Origin: a bacterium
Lineage (GTDB): Bacteria; Patescibacteriota; Minisyncoccia; Phycocordibacterales; UBA918
Direction: 5' to 3'
Length of the DNA stretch: 64,000 nt
Assembly (NCBI GenBank): GCA_002710785.1
Contig: PAMC01000018.1
Location: 10,515 to 74,514 of the forward strand
Shown: in pieces, positions 54,894-64,000 of the stretch
How positions within the stretch are numbered: the stretch's first letter is position 1
Layout: the number at the start of each line of letters is the position of its first letter
Position numbers and translations under genes: made by a program
The notes under the pieces: model-generated
Seen by the model: the letters and a program-made list of their open reading frames with translations, nothing else
Told to the model about the DNA's origin: nothing
Databases searched by the model: none

Positions 54894-56098
54894 CGTGTGT
54901 CGTTGAGGGTGGTCGTTAAGAGCATGCCTGGTACGAGCGCAAAACCAAAGACTACAAAGATGAGGTTAAACGGCAGGTAGAGGAGCGCAGCGCTGCCAAC
55001 GAGCGAGCCGATCACCATCCCAAGCGGGCGCGTCAGTCGGAAGAAGCTAATTAAGTTAGCGTCGGTACCTTTGGTGTGTTTAAAGAAATAGCTTTCGGTA
55101 GTTACCTCTACCAGAGCAGCCCCCACACGGTTAATGAACATCAGCGCCACCCACGGCCAGATGGTGGTCGCACTGAGGAAGGTAATGCTGGCGGTGGTTA
55201 CAATCAGTAAGAGAAACCCGCTCGCCATTAGCTCTTTCTCTCCCCACGCACGGTCGGCGAGCCAGCCAATGGGCCACTCACATACCACGTACGCGAATAA
55301 CCCGAGACCAACGATGGTGCCAATTTTATCCCAGCTGAAGCCGATCTCGGTGGCCAGGTAAAGCGGTATGTAAATAATTGTCCACGCGAAGAACATTTGG
55401 AGTGAGAGGTGTGTCAAAAACGCGTTACGCATGTCACGGACGGCAAAAAATGTTTGCAACGTATGCATAATGCGCACCTCTTTGTACTTCGGATCCTTAA
55501 ACTGCCTGAAGTGCACCAACGTGAGTGTCATAAAGGCTACTCCTGCCACGCTCGCAGCGAGGTAGGTGCGGGTAAGGTTGGCGTCATTGTCACCCACCAA
55601 AAGCGCAACCAAAAGTGGTCCAGCCGCTCCGGCGAGACTCATGAGTGAGAGCGCTAAGCCGCGTCGGCTGCCGGTGCTGGCTTCGTTGTTACCGATCAGC
55701 GACTCCGAAAATACATCGAGCGACATGTAGAGTAGCGGGCTGGCAACCAAGAAAATCACAAAGAAGGTGATGATAAATGGTGTGAACGTGCTCGTACCCA
55801 TCACTAGTAGTGAGAAGAGTAGAATCGCCGCAATACTGAGGGTGAATTTGGTGTTGCCAACCTTCTTGAGAATGCGAGAGATAAACAGAAAAATCAGAAT
55901 CGAGAGACACGATCCGACGGTGTAGAGGAGACCAACCACCTCAGCGGTTGTAAACTGTTCGAGGTACGTAGAGTTACTGTAGGCAACCAAAAATGCCTGT
56001 AGGTTAATGAGAATCGACAGCACGTACACCAGGGCGTACCTGGGTGGCGCGTGGTGGCGTGAAAAGGGGTAGTGTCGCACAATCGACGGCATGAGCAC
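54890..56098 (-). CDS. MFS transporter
   Basis: 12 predicted TM helices; MFS-like loop motifs. Confidence 0.7.
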   Translation of the reverse strand: MLMPSIVRHYPFSRHHAPPRYALVYVLSILINLQAFLVAYSNSTYLEQFTTAEVVGLLYTVGSCLSILIFLFISRILKKVGNTKFTLSIAAILLFSLLVMGTSTFTPFIITFFVIFLVASPLLYMSLDVFSESLIGNNEASTGSRRGLALSLMSLAGAAGPLLVALLVGDNDANLTRTYLAASVAGVAFMTLTLVHFRQFKDPKYKEVRIMHTLQTFFAVRDMRNAFLTHLSLQMFFAWTIIYIPLYLATEIGFSWDKIGTIVGLGLFAYVVCEWPIGWLADRAWGEKELMASGFLLLIVTTASITFLSATTIWPWVALMFINRVGAALVEVTTESYFFKHTKGTDANLISFFRLTRPLGMVIGSLVGSAALLYLPFNLIFVVFGFALVPGMLLTTTLNDTR

Positions 56099-56141
56099 AT
56101 TGTAGCAGTCACGGTCAGGTGCTGTTTTTTAATACGTTAAC

Positions 56142-56171
56142 AAACCACCCCAGCGAAAGCTGGGGTGGTTT
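56142..56171. other. Perfect 13-bp-stem hairpin AAACCACCCCAGC-gaaa-GCTGGGGTGGTTT between rnj (3' end) and the MFS gene (5' end)
   Basis: Seen directly; a T-run precedes it on the plus strand; no clean U-tract follows on the minus strand. Confidence 0.45.
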
Positions 56172-56175
56172 GCGA

Positions 56176-58116
56176 TTAAATTCCGATTAGAACGGGTATC
56201 ACCATTGGGTTTTTGTGGGTCTTTTGGAGCAAGAAGCCGTTTAAGGTGTCAGCCACTTGGTCCTTAACGTAGTCAAGGTCGAGTGGGTGCATACCTTGGG
56301 TGTGCTTCTCGATGGTGCGTTTTACCAACACACGTGCCTCAGAGAGAAGTTGCTGGTTCTCGCGTAGATAGACAAATCCGCGCGAGATAATATCGGGCGA
56401 CTTGCGCAGCTTGCCGTTTTTAGTGCTGACGGTGGCAATTATCACAAACATACCGTCGTTGGCCAGCGTCTCGCGGTCGCGCAGCACAACCTCTTGCTTA
56501 GCGCCCACGGTAAAGCCATCGACCATGATGAGCTCGGTCGGAGCTTTTTGTTTGTGAAGAATGATCTCTTCGCCATTTTTGATGTCGATGAGTGAGCCAT
56601 TGTCGGGTACTACAATATTCTCTTTCGGAAAACCGGTGTCGATGGCGGCGTAACGGTGGCTCTTGAGGTGGAAATGGTGGCCGTGGACCGGCACCAAGAA
56701 CTTAGGGTTAACCTGCTGGCGCACCCAACAGAGCTCACCCGCGTTACCGTGGCCAGAGGAGTGCACAGAGTCACTCTTGTAGTTTACGACCCGCACGTCC
56801 TTACGATAAATGTTGTCCTTGAGCTTCTGAACGGCAATTTCGTTACCGGGGATCACCGAAGACGAGAGCACGAGCGTGTCGCGTTCGTTGAGCTTTACGT
56901 ACTTGTGCTTGTCAGTCGCCATACGCATAAGGGCAGCGAACTCTTCGCCCTGGGCGCCGGTGGCGAGGATGACAATCTTATCGGCCGGGTAGTCCTCCAT
57001 TTGCGGGCCAGTGATAAGAACACCAGGCTTAACCTCGAGCATCTTGGCTTTAAGCGCAATGTCGATGTGGGTCCTGATACTACGCCCTTCGGGCACTACG
57101 TACTTACCGTACTTCTCAGCCATCTTAATGATGTGAATGAGGCGCTCAAACTGTGAGGCAAAGGTACCAATAATCATACGGCCGTTGGTGTCACGAATCA
57201 GGCGCTCGAGCGCTTCAAACACCACGCTCTCAGGTGCCGAGAAACCATCGCGGTCAGCGTTGGTGGAGTCGGCTAGCATAACCAAGTTGTTGTTCTTACC
57301 GACGTTCTCCCAACTCTCGCGCTCTTCTTTAATCACTTCGCCGTCTTCGTGCGTCAAGCGAATGTCGCCCGTAATAACCACGTCGCCGTGCTTGGTTTCG
57401 ACCGAGACACCCATCGCATCGGGGATGGAGTGCGTAACAGGAAAGGTCTTCACTTTGGTGTTACCAACAGTAAAGCTCTCACCCTCTTTGACTACGTTCA
57501 TCTCCAGTGGGTCCATATGTGGAAACTCCTCCTGACGCTTGAGGATCATGAGCGAGGTTAGGTACTGTGTGTACACTGGCGGGTTACCAATGCGCTCCAT
57601 AATGAAGGGGATACCACCGATGTGGTCGAGGTGACCGTGGGTGACCACCAGTGCACGAATTTTATGCTTACGCTCCTCGAGGTACTGGGTATTAGGGAGA
57701 ATGTAGTTAATACCCGGTGCACCAGAACCTTCCGAGACAAACTGGAAACCAGCATCAAAGACGATAATGTCGTCTTTGCTCTCGAAGACGATCATGTTGC
57801 GACCGATCTCCTCTACTCCAGAGATTGGAATAACACGCACCGTGTCCTCGTCGGTAATCTCAGGTAGTGCAGGCGCTTTCTCGTCAGTGGTGGCGAGTCG
57901 GTGCTTTAGAGCTGGACTCGTCATGCTGCTGCGACGTGGGCCAAAGTTAGAGCGCCGGCGCGACGTTTTTTTGGTCGTCTTTTTGGCTGTCCCACCACGT
58001 TGTGGTCGGCCACCGGCTGTGCGCTTGCGAGTGTTACCATGTGCGGCGCGAGTGTTTGAACGAGCGCTATGCGAGCGACGACGATTGTTTCGGTTTGGTT
58101 GGGTTTTTTCGTTCAT
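56176..58116 (-). CDS. rnj: Ribonuclease J with a ~90-aa Arg/Lys-rich N-terminal extension
   Basis: Metallo-β-lactamase HGHLDHIGG, β-CASP region, RNase J C-terminal domain; the N-terminus is R/K/T-rich and disordered-looking. Confidence 0.85.
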   Translation of the reverse strand: MNEKTQPNRNNRRRSHSARSNTRAAHGNTRKRTAGGRPQRGGTAKKTTKKTSRRRSNFGPRRSSMTSPALKHRLATTDEKAPALPEITDEDTVRVIPISGVEEIGRNMIVFESKDDIIVFDAGFQFVSEGSGAPGINYILPNTQYLEERKHKIRALVVTHGHLDHIGGIPFIMERIGNPPVYTQYLTSLMILKRQEEFPHMDPLEMNVVKEGESFTVGNTKVKTFPVTHSIPDAMGVSVETKHGDVVITGDIRLTHEDGEVIKEERESWENVGKNNNLVMLADSTNADRDGFSAPESVVFEALERLIRDTNGRMIIGTFASQFERLIHIIKMAEKYGKYVVPEGRSIRTHIDIALKAKMLEVKPGVLITGPQMEDYPADKIVILATGAQGEEFAALMRMATDKHKYVKLNERDTLVLSSSVIPGNEIAVQKLKDNIYRKDVRVVNYKSDSVHSSGHGNAGELCWVRQQVNPKFLVPVHGHHFHLKSHRYAAIDTGFPKENIVVPDNGSLIDIKNGEEIILHKQKAPTELIMVDGFTVGAKQEVVLRDRETLANDGMFVIIATVSTKNGKLRKSPDIISRGFVYLRENQQLLSEARVLVKRTIEKHTQGMHPLDLDYVKDQVADTLNGFLLQKTHKNPMVIPVLIGI

Positions 58117-58148
58117 AGAATTGTTACTACGTTATACGTTACTAATGG

Positions 58149-59891
58149 TTACTCAATAAATATCGGCCATAGTGACTCGGACTCGATATGCCAGTCGTAA
58201 ATAGTGGCGAACCGTTCGCTCGGGCGATTGAGTCGGTCGGGAATGGTCAATGGGGTGTCACTGCGGGTGACGTATGAAAATTCTGGATTAAAGAGGAAGA
58301 TAGCGGGTGTCTCGCTCGTGAGTTCGGCCACAAACTGCACCAAGAGCTCTGTGCGAGCCGCCGCGTCTTCGGTTACCCGGTAATCCTCCAGGTAGTCGTC
58401 GGTGGTGATGCTCGTGTAGAGCGCGATATTAAGACCTGGGTCCTCGCGCTGGCTCGAGTGCCAGAAGGGGTAGTAGTCGAGCGCTCGCCCGACCTCAGTA
58501 CCAAAGAGCAGTAGTTGGTAATCGCGCGGGCGGATCACGGCTTGCACTAGATCGGCCTGCTCGTAGAGGGCGACGCTCACCTCAACACCGAGCGCGCCCC
58601 AAGCTTCGCTAATAAACTGGGCGGTAGCGTCAAACAGCTCGGTGTTGGCAGTGGTAATGGTAATAGCCAGCGGGACCGTCTCCTCATCGATCTCTTTCTC
58701 CCAGCCGCCAGCCTCGGTCTGCACCCAGCCGCCAGAGAGTAACGTCGTTACTGCCTGCTCCGCGCTACTGGTGCCGGTACTCGTTTCTGGCCCAAACCCG
58801 GCTGGCAGCGGACTCTCGGTGGCCTGGCCAAAACCCGCCAGCACCTCTGCAATGAGCGCTTCGCGGTCGATGGCTTGGCTGAGCGCCTTCCGTGCTGCGC
58901 TGTCGCGCATCACCGCGCTACGGTTTTGGTTTGGGTAGAGTGCGAACACGCGTGGCAGCGGCTTACGGTACACCTGATAGGCATCTGAGAGTGAAGCGAC
59001 ACTTTGGTTTCCAAGCGCCGCGGTGTGGGTAATGTCGCCACGCTCGAGCGCTGCTCGCGCGGCCGCCTCGTCGGCAAAGAAGTGCACCGTAACGGCTGCG
59101 ATATTTGGTATTGGCTCGTAGCGGTCAAACCGCTCGAGCTGGTACTGTTCGATGAGGCCAGCATCACTGCGAACGATGTTGGCGATTTGGTACGGGCCGC
59201 TACCCACCGGTTCGGTGTTGTACTGGCTAAACGGAAACTCGTCAGCACTCAAACCTTGCCAGAGGTGTCGCGGCAGTATACCCAAAGTAAGGTTTTCGCT
59301 AAATGGTACGTATGGCTCTTCGAGCACGATGTTAAGCTCGAACGTGTCTATTGGCTCAATGGTGACGTCGTTCCAGTTTCCACGCACCGGACTCTTAAGC
59401 TCCGGATCCTGCACAAGGCCAATGGTATACACAACGTCTTCGGCGGTAATAGCCACGCCATCGTGCCAGTACTGATCTTCCTTAAGGCGCACGTTGTAGG
59501 TGCGTCCGTCCTCAGAGACAGTTACTGATTCAGCTAGATCAGGCACCAGTTCGCCCGAACGGTCGATGGTGTAGAGGCCGCGGTAGAGGAGGCTGCTCAT
59601 ATCTTGGTCGGCACGGGTGATGGCCAAAACTGGGTTTACAAACCGGGGTGCGCCGACTATCCCTTCTTGGAGCGTGCCACCCGCTGTGGGGACTATCGCT
59701 TGGTGGGTCGCGTTATACTGCCACAGCCAGAGTAGGCCACCAATCACAAAGATGGCCAGCAACGCACCAAGCAACGTTCGGTCAAATGGCGAGCGGTGGT
59801 GTAGGTAGGTAAAGAGTCGGTCAAACAGACCTTTACGTAGAGTATCAGAGGCGCGTCGGCGCAACAGTTTCATACGGTTATTAGACAACAA
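58149..59891 (-). CDS. ABC transporter substrate-binding protein, family 5 (peptide/nickel type), membrane-anchored
   Basis: N-terminal TM anchor; SBP_bac_5-like length and motifs. Confidence 0.65.
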   Translation of the reverse strand: MLSNNRMKLLRRRASDTLRKGLFDRLFTYLHHRSPFDRTLLGALLAIFVIGGLLWLWQYNATHQAIVPTAGGTLQEGIVGAPRFVNPVLAITRADQDMSSLLYRGLYTIDRSGELVPDLAESVTVSEDGRTYNVRLKEDQYWHDGVAITAEDVVYTIGLVQDPELKSPVRGNWNDVTIEPIDTFELNIVLEEPYVPFSENLTLGILPRHLWQGLSADEFPFSQYNTEPVGSGPYQIANIVRSDAGLIEQYQLERFDRYEPIPNIAAVTVHFFADEAAARAALERGDITHTAALGNQSVASLSDAYQVYRKPLPRVFALYPNQNRSAVMRDSAARKALSQAIDREALIAEVLAGFGQATESPLPAGFGPETSTGTSSAEQAVTTLLSGGWVQTEAGGWEKEIDEETVPLAITITTANTELFDATAQFISEAWGALGVEVSVALYEQADLVQAVIRPRDYQLLLFGTEVGRALDYYPFWHSSQREDPGLNIALYTSITTDDYLEDYRVTEDAAARTELLVQFVAELTSETPAIFLFNPEFSYVTRSDTPLTIPDRLNRPSERFATIYDWHIESESLWPIFIE

Positions 59892-59955
59892 AAATAGCTA
59901 TCGGTAAGGAAATGGAGCAGGGGTCTGCTACACCAGCCACAGGCCAGGTGTGCTT

Positions 59956-60198
59956 CTATACGAACAGATTGATGAGCGCTGCGAGTGCAAAGAGTACTGC
60001 GACTACAACTGAGAAACGGAAGAGAAAGAGTTCGCCACCGCGTCGCTTGTTAAACGCTGCACTGAAGTTGTCGCCACCAAAGGCACCACCGAGACTCGAA
60101 CCGCGTTGTTGGAGGAGAATGGCTGCCACCAGGAGGACGGACAGGATAACTTGGATGTAGGGCAATAGCGGTGCTACTACCGTTCGTAAGAATTCCAT
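59956..60198 (-). CDS. secG: Preprotein translocase subunit SecG
   Basis: Two TM helices flanking the Gly-rich LLQQRGSSLGGAFGG loop. Confidence 0.65.
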   Translation of the reverse strand: MEFLRTVVAPLLPYIQVILSVLLVAAILLQQRGSSLGGAFGGDNFSAAFNKRRGGELFLFRFSVVVAVLFALAALINLFV

Positions 60199-60246
60199 GT
60201 GTTCGAGATAGTAGCAGATAGCTTAATGTGTGGCAAGGGACTATGT

Positions 60247-60278
60247 AAAAGAAAGTATCCGCCCAGGGAGGCGGATAC
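60247..60278 (-). terminator. Minus-strand intrinsic terminator located upstream of secG
   Basis: GTATCCGCC-caggga-GGCGGATAC; on the minus strand it is followed by UUUCUUUU. Confidence 0.45.
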
Positions 60279-60754
60279 AGTATGTCCTTGTTGTCCTAAT
60301 AGTTTTTTGGCTGAGGCGGTGACGGGTACCGCGTCTCGTACCATCGCTCTGGAGATTTGTTGCACAACATTTCGCGAAACGACAGCCAGGTACCGCGCCG
60401 CAATCGCTTAAACTGCCGCAAGGCAAGGACGTAGACCGTCCAGCTGACGTAGCATAGACTGACCAGTGTGTCGTTGGCCAGCCCAGAGACGTAAAACGTG
60501 ACAAAAAAACAATATCATACCAAGCGCCATTCCGCGCGAACCCAACATGGATTCCGTGCGGCGAATTCGGTCGCGCCGATCTCCTCGTCTTTTGCATGCC
60601 CGTTCGTACTAGGCAGCTTTTCCAAGAGCCGCTGCGCGCCGGAGCCTCTCGAAAATAAGGCTGGAAATTTCGCAGACTTTTTTCCAGACAGCAAGGTCGG
60701 GGTCGTGATGAAAATATACGCGCATTTTTTCCTCTCAACGCTAAGTTTTTTCTT
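60279..60754 (-). ncRNA. Candidate structured RNA or leader: GC-rich ~470-nt stretch with no convincing protein frame, ending at the minus-strand terminator
   Basis: The only long ORF here (60241..60738, minus) is Arg/Cys-rich junk-like and runs through the terminator hairpin. Identity not established; no RNase P, tmRNA or SRP motifs were recognised by eye. Confidence 0.25.
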
Positions 60755-60782
60755 TTGACACTCTAGCACGCTGCATTATAAT
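60755..60782 (+). promoter_or_regulatory. Sigma-70-type promoter upstream of groES
   Basis: Exact TTGACA, a 16-nt spacer, then exact TATAAT; located 88 nt upstream of the groES ATG. No clear CIRCE inverted repeat was seen. Confidence 0.6.
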
Positions 60783-60870
60783 GTCACGCGCAGAGCGGTG
60801 GCGAAGCTGCCGCTCGGGAATATCATTGAATTTTGAAACCAATTGTAAGTGTAAGTAGTTTTTGTTGACT

Positions 60871-61188
60871 ATGGCAGATAAAAGCCCAATTACTCCACTA
60901 GGAGATAAAGTGGTCATCCGGCCACTAACCGACGACGAGAGCAGTACCAAATCTGCCTCGGGTATTATCATTCCTGATTCAGTTGAGAGTAAAGATAAGA
61001 GCGACCAGGGTGTAGTGGTTGCAGTTGGTCCCGGTGCATGGAACGAAGATGGCGAAAAGCGTATTCCGCTTGATGTAGCCAAGGGCGACCGCGTGCTCTT
61101 TAGCAGTTGGCGCGAGAAGGTGAAGGTGGGAGAGTACGAGTACTTTGTGATCTCACAATCAGACATTCACGGCATTATTAACGCGTAA
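60871..61188 (+). CDS. groES: Co-chaperonin GroES
   Basis: MADKSPITPLGDKVVIRP… canonical GroES; start moved to the MADK ATG. Confidence 0.9.
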   Translation: MADKSPITPLGDKVVIRPLTDDESSTKSASGIIIPDSVESKDKSDQGVVVAVGPGAWNEDGEKRIPLDVAKGDRVLFSSWREKVKVGEYEYFVISQSDIHGIINA

Positions 61189-61199
61189 TCGTTACATAA

Positions 61200-62855
<1,656 letters not shown>

Positions 62856-62877
62856 GAAATTAAAGGCAAAAATCTAG

Positions 62878-62902
62878 AAAGCGCCATGGCGGCGCTTTTT
62901 TG
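62878..62902 (+). terminator. Intrinsic terminator after groEL
   Basis: AAAGCGCC-atggc-GGCGCTTT followed by TTTTTT. Confidence 0.6.
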
Positions 62903-62940
62903 GTATACTACACAGCGTTACAATAAAATCGATTTTATCT

Positions 62941-63525
62941 ATGCTTGGAATGTGGATTCTAATTGGGGCAGGGGTGCTCTTGGTGCTGTACCTCATTGCT
63001 ACTTATAATAAATTTGTTCGCCTTACCGTACGCTCAGAAGAAGCCTGGGCCGATATTGATGTGCAGCTAAAGCGACGCTACGACCTGATCCCAAACCTTA
63101 TTGAGACAGTGAAAGGGTACGCGGCGCACGAGCAGGGAGTGTTTCAGGCGGTAACTGAGGCGCGCAACCAAGCGACACAGGTACACGTCGACCCGAGCAA
63201 TATTACCCCTGAGCAAATTCAGACCATGGCAGGCGCTGAGCAAGCACTCTCTGGCGCGCTTGGCCGGTTGCTGGCGGTTGCAGAGGCGTACCCAGACCTC
63301 AAAGCCAGTCAAAACTTTAGTGAGCTGCAGGCTGAGCTCACCGACACCGAGAACAAGATCCAAGCGGCCCGACGTTTCTACAACACCAACGTGCGTGATT
63401 TGGCGATTGCGTTGCAGTCGTTTCCAAGTAATCTTATCGGCAGCATGTTTGGCTTTTCCGAGCGCGAGTACTTCGAGCTTGAGGAAGACTCAGCAGAGCG
63501 AGAGAACGTTAAAGTCGAATTTTAG
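62941..63525 (+). CDS. lemA: LemA family protein
   Basis: N-terminal TM followed by YNKFVRLTVRSEEAWADIDVQLKRRYDLIPNLIETVKGYAAHE, the LemA signature. Confidence 0.8.
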   Translation: MLGMWILIGAGVLLVLYLIATYNKFVRLTVRSEEAWADIDVQLKRRYDLIPNLIETVKGYAAHEQGVFQAVTEARNQATQVHVDPSNITPEQIQTMAGAEQALSGALGRLLAVAEAYPDLKASQNFSELQAELTDTENKIQAARRFYNTNVRDLAIALQSFPSNLIGSMFGFSEREYFELEEDSAERENVKVEF

Positions 63526-63528
63526 TCT

Positions 63529-63909
63529 ATGGCCATGGAAAAACGTGTATATTACAACAAGCTAGTCCGCGATCTCATCAAGGACCGTATTGAAGGTAAA
63601 GGGGAGACGTGCTCGGTCCGCACCATCGACGACGTGCAGGAGTTTCAGCAAGAGCTTCTCAAGAAGGTAATCGAAGAGGGTCACGCAGTAGCTAACTCAC
63701 GCAGTCGCGAGAAGTTTCTCGAAGAGTACTGCGACCTAATGGTCGTACTCGATGCGCTCACCGACCTCCTCGAGCTCTCGGAGGCTGAGGTTAAGGAGGC
63801 GATGGAGCACAACATTGCGCGCAAAGGTAAGTATACGTACCGCCACTTCCTCGAGTGGTCGGCTGACGTTACGTACGAGAGTAACGAGACCCCGCAAGGT
63901 GTGCGCTAG
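63529..63909 (+). CDS. All-alpha nucleotide pyrophosphohydrolase (MazG/HisE-like) family protein
   Basis: About 125 aa; the acidic E…E…E…D ladder (KLVRDLIKDRIE…EEYCDLMVVLDAL) is typical of MazG-like NTP-PPases; moderate confidence. Confidence 0.45.
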   Translation: MAMEKRVYYNKLVRDLIKDRIEGKGETCSVRTIDDVQEFQQELLKKVIEEGHAVANSRSREKFLEEYCDLMVVLDALTDLLELSEAEVKEAMEHNIARKGKYTYRHFLEWSADVTYESNETPQGVR

Positions 63910-64000
63910 CGCAATAAAGCTCACTAATTTTCGTAGCAGATACCAATGAGTCAGAGTAATTCGCTGTACACCCACCAAAGCAGTAATATCGCCAAGACGT

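Noticed and set aside
60241-60738. 165-aa minus-strand ORF upstream of secG
   Set aside because: Arg/Cys-rich with no motif, and its 3' end runs through the terminator hairpin. The region is treated as a candidate ncRNA or leader instead.
60755-60861. CIRCE (HrcA) operator upstream of groES
   Set aside because: I looked for TTAGCACTC-N9-GAGTGCTAA. Only a weak half-site-like CTAGCACGC within the promoter spacer was found, with no inverted partner.

Overview
A 64-kb bacterial window read with the standard genetic code; TGA terminates serS, the second ATP-grasp gene and others. By eye it splits into two compositional compartments. The left ~15 kb (1..~15050) has lower GC in spot-checked 60-nt windows (about 42-52%) than the core to the right (about 55-67%). 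It looks like an accessory island or integrative element. It carries a large serine recombinase whose 3' end overlaps tRNA-Trp, a PrimPol-type primase/helicase and a small zinc-ribbon ORF. It also has an ArdC-N-like/AbrB-like/unknown three-gene operon, an Abi_2 abortive-infection gene, an Hjc-like PD-(D/E)xK nuclease-fold gene, a VirB2/TrbC-like two-TM protein fused to a peptidase M15 domain, two M23-like peptidase genes, and a nested GC-richer four-gene operon (class I methyltransferase plus three unrecognisable small proteins). The remaining ~49 kb is core genome. Housekeeping genes there include miaA, tRNA-Leu, parB, rel/spoT homolog, topA, dprA, serS, ftsQ-like, dus, dnaX, eno, a short pyruvate kinase, rnj, secG and groES/groEL. 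A cell-wall peptidase cluster holds an M23+PG-binding gene and tandem M14 carboxypeptidases. Redox proteins include a glutaredoxin-CcdA/DsbD fusion and DsbA. Also present are a histidine kinase/response regulator pair, a divergent ATP-grasp pair, GH1 and GH5-like glycosidases, photolyase, an HhH-GPD glycosylase, an MFS transporter, a family-5 solute-binding protein, a class II Fic protein, and LemA. Three tRNAs were found by hand-folding: Trp-CCA, Leu-CAA and Gln-CUG. Both tRNA-Trp and tRNA-Gln are surrounded by decayed partial copies of themselves, which look like att-site scars. Two GC-rich stretches with intrinsic terminators but no convincing protein are flagged as candidate ncRNAs. Several proteins carry Lys/Arg-rich low-complexity tails and glycolysis looks reduced, which suggests a small-genome (possibly CPR/Patescibacteria-like) lineage. 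That attribution is inference only. No CRISPR array and no rRNA were seen.
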